From Chiloscyllium plagiosum (Eukaryota), in NCBI RefSeq assembly GCF_004010195.1, contig NC_057753.1, forward strand, positions 1,881,243-1,945,242: 64,000 bases of DNA. Reading direction: 5' to 3'. Position 1 is the first letter of the stretch; every line of letters starts with the position of its first letter. Below are positions 49,965-62,974 of the stretch, one piece after another. The notes under the pieces were generated by a model. The model did no database searches, was not told the origin of the DNA, and saw only the letters and a program-made list of their open reading frames with translations. Position numbers and translations under genes: made by a program.

Positions 49965-50659
49965 AATTTCTTTCAACAAATGCTGAGTGATCTGCTGAGT
50001 TTCTGGAGCAAGAGTTGGTGGCTGGAGTTACGTCAGGTCAGAGCTGATAAGCTGGAGACTGAGTTCCGAACTGAAACACACCAGGGACGTGGACAGTTAC
50101 CGCGGTACTAAGTTTCAGGAGGTGATCATGCTCCCCAGATCAATCAGCTCTATTTCGTTCAGGGACAGTGGAGTGTGATAATGAGCGAAGTTGGTCTGAA
50201 GGAAAGAAAACTCACGTGTTTCTTGCTTAGTCTGGGCTCTCGAACACTTACAGTGATGTGTTACCTATTTCAACACTCTTTGGATAACAAAAGCAGCTGC
50301 TCTCAACCTGATAAATGAATGCTGGAATATTCAGCCAACTTCTGTGGAGTGAAAACATACTTTACATGATGTGCCATCTCTGGATATAGAGCTGCTTCTC
50401 ATTCCACAGATATTATAAGTCATATTTGCCAGTGTTCATTTCAAACATACAATTGCAGAGAGACTATAAATCTGAAATATTGTTTAAATATAAGGAGGGT
50501 CACATTAAGATGGGTTGCAATAAATACAGCTGAAGCGTGATCATTGAATATTTAGTTACAGCACAGCTACGTATGTTTATGATTAACAATGGAACCAACA
50601 ATTCTTACGGTGTGCATGAATTTGGAATTTATGTTCCACTCAGATTATTCATGATCTCA

Positions 50660-51250
50660 GAATCATAACGTTGAACTGCACAGAAACAGACGTAACGTCC
50701 AACAACTTCATATCGACCAAATACCCTACTCAATCGAGTCCCATTTGCCAGCAACTGACCTATATCCATCTGAATTCTTGTTATTCATTGACTCTTCTGG
50801 ATGCTTTTTAAATGTTGTATACTGCATCCATCTACACAACTTCCTCTGGCTGTTTGTTCCATACAGGCGCGACCCTGTTCATGAAAACGTTGCCTCTTAA
50901 ATACGAGGTTGACAGCAGCTGCTTTTAAGCATGTCATTTCTCAGTTTAACACTATGGCCTCTAGATTTGGACTCCCCTGCCCTGGGAAAAAAGACCATGG
51001 CTGTTTCTGTTATCTTTTCCACTGACGATTTTAATGGTCTGTGTGGTCACCACTTAGACACAGAGACTCCAGAGAAAATCGGTATTGTCTATTCAAGCTC
51101 TCCCCACAGCTCACACTCTCCAGACTTGGCGATCTCCTTTTAAATCTTTTGTGAACTTTTCGGTTTGTCAACATCTTTCCTTGAACGGGGAGATCAGAAT
51201 TGAATGCAGTATTACTGAAGTGGCCTAACCAAACAATTATACAGCTCAAC
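50660..51250 (-). mobile_element. Old CR1 3' fragment
   Basis: Antisense CR1 tail and cctctagatttggactcccctgccctgggaaaa; paralogous to 18470-19000. Confidence 0.65.
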
Positions 51251-51401
51251 ACACTCAAAGAGCTTGATGGCATATTCTTGATCGGTCTCCTTATGTTTAC
51301 TTATATGGGCATATTCAAGTTATCCACACAGGTGTAAGCATGAAATTTAAATAATTTAAATATTTCAAATTAAAGGTTAGCTTTTGAATTGAATTCATTG
51401 A

Positions 51402-51540
51402 TTTGGGAGTGTGGTGCTCGAAATGCACAGCAGTTCAGGCAGCATCCGAGGAGCAGGGGTATCAACGTTTTGGGCATAAGGTCTTCATTGGGAAGCTGTG
51501 ACTCTCACTTCAGCATATGCAATCCTCACTGTCTTCCAGA
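51402..51540. mobile_element. 5'-inverted Penelope-like terminal repeat insertion
   Basis: Same family as 8729 and 27757; exact 12-bp target duplication tgaattcattga at 51390-51401 and 51541-51552. Confidence 0.75.
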
Positions 51541-54044
51541 TGAATTCATTGAATCCTTTGCTCTCTACATGGAAATGATATTACCAAATGGTTCCTTTCA
51601 AGGAGCTCAAAGCCAGCAAGAGAACCCCTGAATATCCAAGGAAAGCGCTGGAGTTCAAATTAGTTCAGAGATGGAGGAAAATGAGGAATGAAGACCTGCG
51701 ATAACTGCAGAACTAAAGGTGCCTGGGAGGTTTTAGCAACATTGTTTTAAGTTGAAAATCTCGAATGAATCTTCCCCTGATGCAGCGTTTTCCCCTCCAG
51801 CATTGTTTCACCCAGGGAACTTTATAGGCTCTCAGCTGGCATCTTTGCTCCACAAGATCATACTGCGGGTGCAACTGTCTTAGTCACTGATCTTTATTTG
51901 TTCTCCTCATCAGAATTCACTAAAAACCTTGCAAGCTTTTGTAAATGTTGAAATGATCCCTTGTTAATCAAAATCAAGTTGGCATACATCAAGAAAAACA
52001 GATGAAACGCTGTGGCACTCCCAAAGTAACCTTCCTCCAATCTAAAACTTAACCGTTAATGACGACCATATCATGTCAGTCAGGCAATTTCATATCAATA
52101 TTGCTACTGTGACTTTTACTTCATCAACAACAGAGATTTTCTCTACAGAGTGATATGCAGCAATTTAGTAAGACATTTGCTCCACGTTCGTCGCATCAAT
52201 TATACTACCGTCATCAACATTTTGATGCCTCAACAAAAAATCACACGGAAAATCTTGGGAGATTAGTTTCCTTCAATAAATCTGTGCAAGCTTTCCTGGA
52301 ATGACAAACACTGGTCCTAATGGCTGTGAACTCTTTAACAAATTATCATTTCTGAATCCTTTCTTACTACCGAGATAATCTAACCAGGCCCCGGTGCAGC
52401 TAGTAAACTTTCGTTGATGGTTAGTGAAGATTTAATATTGTTTGCCAGGAACTGTGATGGAAATGAGCGAAGTGATTCAATTTCAATTACAATTAAATGA
52501 AATCGATAAAGAACTCGATAATTAAAAAATAATTTAAAAAAGCTCAGTCCACCTGTTTGTATTGTGGAACCGAAACATTCCATGGACTTCACAATTTGTA
52601 ATATGATATGGAAATGCTGGAGACGCTGAATGGCAACGACAGATTAACTGGAGGCAGAAATTAGTTCACGTTTCAGACCTTTGAGCAAGTGAGAGGGCTT
52701 AGGGATGGATATGGTGCAGAGATCAGAAGACGAACAGGATGGAAATTTGTGGAAGTTGTGAAATAAATGGGGACAGTCAAGACTCAGAGAATGTGTGTAC
52801 ATGGAATGTGAATAGAGAAATAGAAGCTTGGAACATAAAGGAAATTACAAAAAAAAGTCATATCAGAAAACAAAGCCAGAGAAAAACACCAAATCAAATT
52901 GGTCAGAAATCAAATCACAGAAGTCTTGAACTTCGACTCCTCAAGACGGACAAACGCATTCTATTACTCTCCACTTCGGAACACTCCTGCTGGCTTCACT
53001 TAGCCCCTCCCCAGCAGAACACCTGAGGATAGGGAGTTACTTCCCTCATTCCCCTCCGTGGCTCCTCAGAGAGGTACATTCGACTGTCCAACCTCTGGGC
53101 AGCACTGGTTAACGAGTAAGGAATCTGCTAGCTGCTAGGTTGTAAGTTTCTGCTGATCCAGTACTGGATGACAGAAAAATCAGTGCGTCATTTGCTTTCC
53201 AGCAATGTTTGTCTTTCTGCAGAGCGTGGATGACCATTTTAGGGCGCTGTCAAACCCTGGCCTAGTTATACACATTATAAACCCTTCAACCCAGGTTCTG
53301 TCGCCATTCCATCTCCTTCTTTTGTTTGCAAGTGCTGACTGTTCTTGTCCCTGAAGAACATTAGTGAACAAATTTCGTATATAATGACAACCTAACAACT
53401 TACATGATCATTTTGTTCCATTTCAGTGTCACCTCCATACAGCACGAGATTCATTACCTTGACTTCACAGCTGGTCTGTGATTAGGAAATTCTCTGTCAT
53501 TGTATTTCTTTCTTCCATCATATATCAGGTTCTTAGGAAATTAGTAGGGGTGGATTTACAGTCAGGAAACTCAACATAATCATTTTAACACAACAGAATT
53601 ACAGGCATACTTTCTCCTTCTTGCAAGGAAAGTTTGGAATGAATTTTATGGGAGCAGCGTAGAACCAGTCTTGCCCACAAAATGTGAATTGCATTAAGGG
53701 ATAGCAGAAACCTCTTTCTTGATATTGAGTGACGCTGAGAACATCGTACTCTTTTGACGTGAGATTAAATGCAATATTAAGATGGCAAGATCGGACATAT
53801 CTCCATTTTCATTAGCTGTTCCTCCTGAATCACCGCTTGCCTTTTTAATTCCATGTGTTTGTACAAAAAATACTGGTGTATCTCCAGGGACTGAGCAATA
53901 CAATACAGAAAATAAAGCAAAAAAAAGTCAAGAGTACAGCTTAATCAAGGTAACACGTGTAACTGAACACAAAAGTAATGTATAGACTATAATTGTAATT
54001 TCGAATTGCCTTTTACTGTTATTTATGCGATTTTAATGTGATCG

Positions 54045-54151
54045 CTGTCTAAATCATTTAAACAGGAGTGTCAGTGGAAATTCCATCAATTTCGTTAACT
54101 GCTGTCAGAATTTACTCAGTTCCCCTGCATACATAAATGAGTTGGCACATG
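54045..54151 (-). pseudogene. Truncated GPR139-like pseudogene (TM7 end and C-tail only)
   Basis: Reads SCANSFMYAGELSKF*QQLTKLMEFPLTLLFK*FRQ, colinear with gene 1 SCINPFIYAGTQSKFREHFKKMAKFPVTLVLKWFK*; downstream flank homologous to both genes. Confidence 0.87.
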
Positions 54152-55972
54152 AAAACGAACAGGAGTAGGTAACTCAGCCCCTTCATTCTGTTCCTTCGTC
54201 AGGTGATGCAGTATTGTAGTAAAAATGTTTCTGCGTTTGTCACCAAATAGTCAACCTGGGATGATACAAAAAGCGTGAATACAAAAATTATTCAAAGTTC
54301 TTCATAGTTATTGTTGTTCTATTGACCTTCAATCTAAACTACAGAGGTGAGCATTAGTTCAGTGCAGCATTTAAATTGACACAAGAGAACATGAATAGGA
54401 ATATGACTTGATTATTCAGCCCCTTGCTTCGGCTACACCTTTCAGTAAGATCGTGCTTGATCTGTATACTTACATGTATAACTCAATGTGACTGCCCTTG
54501 GGCCCATAACTCTGAATTGTCTTCCTCCATATAAAAATGCGTATCTCAGATTTAAAGTTGACAATTCAATTAACATTGACCACTATTTGAGAAAGAGAGT
54601 TCCAAATCGTGACTACTTTGAACATGTAGAAATGAGTTCTCACAGCTCTTCTGAATGGTTCGGCCCTAATTGACATCTTAATGGATAATACTGTTCAATA
54701 ATAAATTTCACACTTAACAGAACATTAATCACACAGTATCCAAAACATCTTCCTTCATCTAGTAGCTTCTGAAGTCCTGTCGCTTTCGGCTGGATATTTC
54801 ATATTGACACGCAAGGAATTCGTTGTCTAGTTGGGGTGGCTCTCCTTTCGCTTATGAAGTATGAATAGACGTAAGTAATCCCAGTCTCACTGTATAGCCC
54901 TCCCACCCTATGCAGCCCATCACCCCACCCTTGTAACTCTTGTCTCCCTTGGCATTCACTTTCCCAGCTTTGTGGTTTTGTATTCTCCTGGTCTGCCAAT
55001 TTTGTTTCATATTACACACTAGTTACCTTTGGATCTTGACTGCCCCTCTACCACCAGCCTTCCTGACTGTTCATGTTTATCTTCTCACTGCTGCTCTAAT
55101 TCGCGGTTGCCTGTTTCACATGTTTGTTGCTGATAGGCTCGTCAAAAATTCTGTCTATTCTTGTACATTTCTGTGATTGCTTATCACCGTGATTGAACTT
55201 TATTGGCAGTTTGTCTGTCTTTCAATGACGAAATTGCCAACTCTTGGAATGTAGTCTTACTGTTGCATGCCTGTTACATTAATGGAGTGCATTGTTAAAA
55301 CATACAAGTCGAATTTTGATCACTTGATTGACAAATTAACGGAATATATGTCTTCCTGCATGTTTGGAATCAAATGTTGAAAGTAAATCTGAATCGTTTC
55401 ATTAGTTGCAAAGTGAACAGTAGTGGCTTCTCTCCAAAACGTGGCATTGCTCATGTGATAAAATCCATCTGCGCAGCATATTACGAAATATTACTTGAAA
55501 AGTCAGCAGACGCCTGAAAGGAGTCAGAAGCAAAGAAATGCAGAACTGTTGAGATCTTTTCCATAATCTGGCTAACTATGTTTGATGTCTTCCTTCAGGT
55601 TGCATTGGAATTGAAGACAAACATTCCAGGAAGTCTAAGCCTGTTTGATGCATAGTTGCCGAGAGTCATCCAGATAGGTGATGCTCATTCAGTGTACATT
55701 GTGTTGAGGTATTGCCTTCAGTATATTCGAACTCAGTGTTCTTCTATATCTTTGATGATCAATATTGATAGTGATTTTGGTGTCAGTACTATTCAACTAG
55801 GTCCTAATCAGAAATGTATTCGAGCTACGGAAGCTGGTCCCCTACTGCTCAGAAGACTATTAGCTTCGAAGTCCCGATAAAGTAAAACAAAAGTTGCGAA
55901 TTGACCTCTGACGTACTTAAAATTGCTTCTATAGCAGATAGATTACACTCTAAGCAAGACCTATGAGAAAAT

Positions 55973-56523
55973 ACTGTTGGAATATTGCGTGCAGTTCTGG
56001 TCTCCTTCCTATCGGAAAGATGTTGTGAAACTTGAAAGGGTTCAGAAAAGATTTGCAAGGATGTTGCCAAGGTAGGACGATCTGAGCTACAGGGAGAGGC
56101 TGAACAGGCTGTGGCTGTTTTCCCTGGAGCATCGGAGGCTGAGGGGTGACCTTATAGAGGTCTACAAAATTATGAGGGGCATGGATAGGATAAATAGACA
56201 AAGTATTTTCCCTTGTATCAGGGAGTCCAGAACGAGAGGACATAGGTTTAGGGTGAGAGGAGAAAGATATAAAAGAGACCTAAGGGGCAACCTTTTCATG
56301 CAGAGGGTGGTACGTGAATGGAATGAGTTGCCAGAGGATGCGGTGGAGGCTGGTACAATTGCAACATTTAAGAGGCATTTGGATGGGTATATGAATAGGA
56401 AGGATTTGGAGGGATATGGGCCGGGTGCTGGCAGGTGGGACTAGAATGGGTTGGGATATCTGGTCGGCATGGACAGGTTGGACCGAAGGGTCTGTTTCCA
56501 TGCTTTACATCTCTATGACTCTA
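55973..56523 (+). mobile_element. CR1 3' fragment
   Basis: LLEYCVQFWSPSYRKDVVKLERVQKR; tail catctctatgactcta; same subfamily as 47340-49103. Confidence 0.9.
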
Positions 56524-56988
56524 ATACTTGAAAACTTTCAATCTGAACTTCATAATCCCAGCGATTCCTGAACATTATTCTTTCTGTTGGCCCTGGTGAG
56601 TTTTAGGTAGTCGTTGAAACCGCTGTACCAGTGCAGCCTGACTCTAAATGTAGATTTTATGGTTCAGCCAATTGTCTTTTGGCATCCTTGTTCGAAGCTG
56701 CCTCTCCTACTGAGCTAGCAGGCCTTGAAATATGCATTAAGTAATCTTTTATTTCAGAATATTAACATGCTGTAACTTGCTCATCTTCAACACATAGCAC
56801 GAACGTTCTGTTATCAATTATTTCATTTTTGTACCACATTTATAGTTGGAACTGGCCTTGTAAACGTCTTGCATGTAATGACAGGTGCTTCCATTGGAGG
56901 AGGTATCGGTCCTTAGTTTAGATTCATTCAAGAAAAGAAAATATCCATAAAAGTCACAATTATTCAGTTAAAAAAAATCTCAAAATAC

Positions 56989-57527
56989 CAGGTTACCTCT
57001 CGTGAAAGTTGGCTTGTTTAAATGAACCAACATATCATTACATTTTTCGAGTCAATAATGAATATAATCAGGATGAAAGCTGACTGAGAATAACTGCATC
57101 TTTAATGCAGATATATTTTACCATTGTACACCCCAGTCCAACACCGGCATCTCCAAATAAGTTTTGCATTACCTAGCTCCTCTGCTTCTGCTGTACAGAA
57201 TATCCTATTTTCTCAAAAAGAATTGCTGATAATTTGACGACATTGTACCGTTTTCACTGTAATGTTGTATCCATTCTTGAGTACACAGGACAATTAGATC
57301 TAAAACTAATTGTAAATACTTCCATTGAAGCATGGAATAATACTAAATTTTAAAAATGTGAGTATAACTTTGGAATTAATGACGCCGAAATATTGGAAAA
57401 TATATCAGTCTTAAAGATGTAATTATTTCCAGTCAGTCTCGACTCCTGAAAGTATTTGTTATGGACTCGACGGATGTAACGACATATTGGCTCATGTGAA
57501 CAAGCCAACTTGCGCGAAAGGCAACTG
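56989..57527. mobile_element. Probable MITE or non-autonomous DNA transposon with ~135-bp imperfect terminal inverted repeats
   Basis: 56989-57125 aligns with the reverse complement of 57392-57527 (shared aagttggcttgtt, ttacat..tcgagtc, ctgactg..catctttaa..gatatatttt); termini CAG..CTG. Confidence 0.7.
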
Positions 57528-57629
57528 AAAACGAACTACTTAGAAAGACGAAAAGGATAGTCCTAGGAACAATGGGACGAATTAGGTGTCAAAATGGATC
57601 CAGTAGACAAAGCTAATGGACCAACTGGA

Positions 57630-57930
57630 GTGGAACGGTGGCTCAGTGATTAGTACTGCTGCCTCAGAGCACCAGTGACGCAGGTTTGATTCCATTCTCG
57701 AGCGACTGTCCTTGTGGAGTTTTCACATTCTCTTGCACATCTGTGTGTTCATTTCCGCGGGGTATTCCTGTTGCCTTCCCCAGTTTAAAAGGGTGCAGGT
57801 CGTAGATTAGTCATGGGGAATGAAGGATAAAAGGAATGGTGTTGTGGGTCAGGTTGGGGTGCTCTTCAGAGTGTTGAAGTGGACTCAATGGGCCGAAGAG
57901 TGCGTTTCCGTACTGGACGGATTCTATGAA
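57630..57930 (+). mobile_element. HE1/V-SINE-like SINE
   Basis: acggtggctcagtgattagtactgctgcctcag (A-box), ggtttgattcc (B-box), tail gggccgaagag..attctatga. Confidence 0.8.
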
Positions 57931-58104
57931 TTCAAGGAATTCAAGAGAATTCTGTCTCTGTGTTCATGCATTAAAATGTGTATGATCTTATAATAAAGAT
58001 GGGGCTTTGTATGATAGATAAATTGGAGAAGAAGAAAATAAATAGGAGTAAGTAAACGATTGATACAGCTCAAATTAGTCAGATTGATACATCCTCGTTT
58101 GAGG

Positions 58105-58212
58105 GGTAGAAAGTGAGGACTGCAAATGTTGGAGATCAGAATCGGGAGTATGTTCCTGGAAAAGCACAGCATGTCAGTCAGCATTCGAGGAGCAGGAGAA
58201 ACAAAGTCGGGC
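58105..58212 (-). mobile_element. Penelope-like terminal repeat with decayed hammerhead-like motif
   Basis: Minus strand aTGAAGA-agggc-ttac-gccc-GACT..ctcctgctcctcgaatgctg..ctccaacatttgcagtcctcact. Confidence 0.65.
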
Positions 58213-58214
58213 GT

Positions 58215-60500
58215 AAGCCCTTCTTCATGTTCCACACATGCAACACCTTCTGCATGAAAAAGTTGCCCTTTTGGTCTCTTTTAAACCTTTCCCCTCTCAC
58301 CTTAAACCTATGCCCTCCAGTTTTCTGGACTGACGTGCCTTCAGGAAAACAGACATTCGCTATTTACACTATCCAAGCACTCATGAATTTATCAACCTCT
58401 ACAAGGTCAAAGCTTAACCTTTGAAACGCAAGGCAAAACAGTTCCAGCCTATTAATTCTCCCCGAATAACTCAAATTTTCCAAACTCTAACAACATCCTT
58501 GTAAACCTTTTCGACATTCTTTCAAGTTTACATAAGATAGAAGAAAGGACGTTACAGCGCAGTACAGGCCCTTCGCCGCTCGATGTTGTGCCGACCTGTG
58601 AACCAATCCGATGCCCATCTTTCCTACAATATTCCATATCGTCCATATATCCACCCAATGACCAATTAATGCCCTTAAACCTGGCGAGTCTCCTACTCTT
58701 GGAGGCAGCGCGTTCCATACCCCTAATACTATCTGAGTAAAGAAACGACTTCTGATGTCTGACCTATAACTATCACCGCTCAATTAAAGCCTGTGCTGTC
58801 CTCACCATCCGAGGGGAAAGGCTGTCACTGTCCACGCTCTCTAAACCTCTGATTATCTTATATGTCTCTACTAAGTCACTACTCAACCTTCTTCTCTCTA
58901 ATACAAACAGCCTGATGTCCATAAGCCTTTCCACGTAATACCTTCCTTGCATTCCAGGCAGCATCATAGTAAATCTCCTCTAAACTGTTTCCAAAGCTGC
59001 CACATCCTTCCTCTAATGCAGTGTTCAACTGTACACAATCCTCCAAGTGCAGCGGTAGCAGAGATTTGTACAGCTGCAACATGACGTGATGGTTTTGAAA
59101 CTCAGTTCCTCAACCAGTAAAAGCAAACACACTGTTTGACGTCTTAACAACCGTGTCAACCTGAGTGGTAACTTTCAGGATCTATGTGCATGGACAACGA
59201 GATCTCTCTGCTCATCTACACTACCAAGAATCTTACCATTATCCCAGTACTCTGCATTCCTGTTACTCCTTCCAAAGTGAATCACATTGCAATTTTCTGC
59301 ATTAAATTCCATTTACCACCTCTCAGCCCAACTCCGCAACTTATCTATGTCTCTCTAACCGCAACTCTATCCACCTTGGAGTCATCTGCAAATTTGGTAA
59401 CCCATCCTTCTACGTCCTCACCCAGGTCATTTATAAAAATGACAAACAGCAGTGGACCCAAAACAGATCCTTGCGGTACACCGCTCGTCAACTGAACTTC
59501 AGGACGAACATTTTCCATCAAACACCAACCTCTGTCTTCTTTTAACTGGCCAATTTCTGATACAAACCGCTAAATCACCCTCAATTCCATGTCTCCCTAT
59601 TTTGTGCAATAGCCTCCCGTGGAGAAACTTATCAAACGTCTTACTGAAATCCATATATACCACATCAATGGTTTTACCCTCACCCACCAGTTTGATCACC
59701 TTCTAAAAGAACTCAGTAAGATTTGAGAGACACGACCTACCCTTCACAAAACCGTATTGATTATCCCTAATTAAATTATTCCTTTCTAGATTGTTATAAT
59801 TTCTATATTTTATAACCTTTTTGAACACTTTGCCCACAACCCAAGTAAAGCTCACTGTTCTGTCAATGTCAGGGCCGTTTTCACTCCACTTCTTGAACAA
59901 GGGAACAACATTTGCTATCCTCCAGTCCTCTGGCACTATTTTTGTAGACAATGACGACATAAAGATCAAAGCCAAAGGCTCAACAATCTCCTCTCTGACT
60001 TCCCAGAGAATCCTAGGATAAATCCCATTCGGCCCAGGGGACTTATCTATGTTCCCATTTTTCGAAATTGCTAACTCCTCCTCCTTGTGAAACTCAATCA
60101 CATCGATTCGAGTAGCCTCTATCTCAGTATTCTCCTCGACAACGTTGTCTTTTTCTAATGTGAATAATGGCGAAAAATAATCATTTAGCGCTTCACCTAT
60201 CTCCTCTGACTCCACATCCAACTTGCCACTACTATCCTTGATTGGCCCTAATCTTACTCTAGTCATTCCAGTATTACTGACATACCTATAGAAATCCTTA
60301 GGGCTTTCCTTGATCCTATCCGCCAACGACTTCTCATTTGCCCTCCTGGCTCTTTTTACTCTTTCTTTCGGTCTTTCCTTTCTGACCTTTAACTTTCAAG
60401 CGCCTAACTGAGCCTTCACATCTCATTCTAACGTAAGCCTTCTTCTTACTCTTGAAATATATTCAACTTCCTTAGAAAACCATGGCTCCCGCGCACAACA
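58215..60500 (-). mobile_element. CR1 copies (small fragment 58215-58530; larger RT-containing copy 58533-60500)
   Basis: KSPGPNGIYPRILWE..PEDWRIANVVPLFKK, QYGFVKGRSCLSNL, DVVYMDFSKTFDK. Confidence 0.9.
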
Positions 60501-62127
60501 ATTCCCCGCTGTTCCTTAACTAAGTTCCACATTTCAGTTGCACTTAACAACAACTTTCTCAAAGCAGGGGGAATTGAGTGCAGTATTCCAACAGGGACCA
60601 AACCAATCTTGTTGAATTGCTGAGCAGACTCAAAGATCGCAATGACATATCCCAGATTCTTTTTCATATCTTTGTATGCATTGTTATGTTGGGATCTTCA
60701 TTAGACCATTATTAGAGCTTTAAATAAAGGGCTAGATTTCAGATTGAATACGTCTGATCTCTGCTCTGAAAAAGAAAATTACCAAAGTGCTTTGGATGTA
60801 GCTCTGCGCCAGCAAGAAAACCAGAGGATAAGTCAGATAAGTGGCTGGTTTCAACTTCATTCCGCGAGACTAAGACATGATCAATAAAGCCCTGGGAGAA
60901 CTGGAAAAATTGCAAATACGTGGGCACGTTTTGGCAACACTGGTTCAGACTGAAACCCACAAATAAAGCCTCCCTGCTCCTCAAATTTCTGCTCCCGCCC
61001 GGAAATTTTCTTCTTTGGGACCAGTCCAGGTTCTCGACTGCCTCCTTTGCTCCACAGGGATCAGAGTGGATGCCGAACTGTCTTGGTTATTGACCTGCGT
61101 TTTGTTCTCCGAATCATATTTCACAAATAAAAACATTTACAATCTTCTTGAAATGTTGACCTCGTTAGTAAAGTTATAAGTCTTTAATATACATCAGAGT
61201 AAGCATATGAACTCCTGTGGATCATCCGAGACAACCCTCCTCCAGCGTAAAAAATAACAGTGATTAACGACTATTTCCTATCAATTTTTTACTGTCAGTT
61301 TTATTTCACTAACTTGAGTGATTTTCACCCCAGACCATTATGACGTAATTTATTAAATAATTTCGACCACTTTTTTGCAAGATTAACTGTATTACCTCAA
61401 GAACAAAAAAAAAATCAGATAGCAAATCTTGTGAAATTATTTCCCCTTCATAAATTCGTGGAAGCTTTCCTGATTTAACAATCATTTGTCTGAATGGCTG
61501 TGAACTGATTGCCAAAGTAACTTTTCTCTCATGTTTCCTACTACCGTGGTTAAACTAATCAGTCTCTGGTACTGCTTTTAATCTTTTATTGGTTGTTAGT
61601 GAAGATTTAATCTTATTTACCAGGAGCTTTGATTTAAATGAGTGGACTGATTCAGTTCCAATGCCAATGAAATGGCAACTAATAAAGAATTCGATAACTA
61701 ATCACATTTGACAACACATAAACTACCAATCAAAAATGCGATGAGTGAACTACTAATGATGATCCATCAGACTGTTAGAATTGTAGAATGGAATAACAGC
61801 GTAAATGTGTAAAACTTGAAATAACAGGAGCATATTTTGGAGACATTGGCGTTGATAGATTCTGTGGAGACAGAACTCGGCTTATGTTTCAGTCTGTGAG
61901 CAAGCGAGAGGGAGCAGAGGAGATGCCAGGTCATAGTGGGAACATGAACAAAAGCTTAAGTTTGTGTAATGTTTGGGCGGCTGGAAAAATTAATTGATGA
62001 AAATGTTCAAGTTGTGAAAACAACAGGAACAGTCAAGACACAAAGAATGTGTCTATATCGTGGTGAATTGAAACCTTCAATGCAGAGAAAATCATAGAAG
62101 AGCGAAAACAGAAAACACCTTTTACAA

Positions 62128-62142
62128 GGGGGGGGGGGGGGG
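62128..62142. repeat. G15 homopolymer
   Basis: 15 consecutive G. Confidence 0.95.
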
Positions 62143-62553
62143 TGAGCATATAGGTACGCTGTTTAACTCTGGTCCAGTTATAGATAGATCAATGTTATAC
62201 CCCTGCCTCTCTCACCTCTCTATGTGCTTCCACTCTTTGCAAGTGCTAACATGGTTTCCTTCCCTGAAGGACATCAGTGAACAAGTTTGTTTTATAATGA
62301 CAACCTAGCAGCTTTAATTGTCAGTTTGTTCCTTTCAATGTCAGCTCCACAGATTACAACACTCATTACCTCGCTCTCACACCAGTTTGTGCTTTAGTCG
62401 ATTCTCTGAAATTGATTTTTTTGCTTCTGAGTTAAATCAGGTTCACTGGAAATTAGAGGGGGTGACTTGCAGTCAGGAAACTCGATGGAAATATTATGGC
62501 ACAGCAGCATCACTGTCATACTCTCTGTTTTTGCAGGAAAAAGTTGGATTGAA

Positions 62554-62559
62554 TTTAAT
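62554..62559 (-). promoter_or_regulatory. Candidate polyadenylation signal (ATTAAA) of GPCR gene 2
   Basis: Homologous to gene 1 AATAAA at 21069-21074; ~415 nt after the stop. Confidence 0.4.
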
Positions 62560-62974
62560 GGAGCAGCGTAGAGCCAGCATGGCGTGCAAACTAAGTGTTG
62601 TATTGAGGGACAGTGGAATCCACTTTCATGACGTTGAGAATTATGGAAATTGTCAAAATGCCCAAGTTTATAAAATCCTCATATTCCAGATCATCATAAT
62701 ATTTTGAAGTGAAATTAATTACATGATTGAAGTGGGAAACCAGACATTATCTCAGTTTTAACCACGTTGTCCGATTTGAATCGCATTTCCCCCCTCTTAA
62801 TTTCATCTGTTTCAAGTGCTGGTATATCTCCAGGGACTGTTGATCACAACACAGAAGTTTAAACAGGAGATTTCAAGAGCACAGCCTATTCAAGATTACT
62901 TGTGAATTAACATAAAAATAATAATCTATCATTTTGAATACAAATTGCATTGTACTATGATTTAAATGTGATCA

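Noticed and set aside
55100..55960. Unexplained ~850-bp stretch
   Set aside because: No ORF, motif or repeat structure I can support by eye.
59703..60326. 207-aa ORF as a host gene
   Set aside because: Fragment of CR1 ORF2 flanked by stops and frameshifts.
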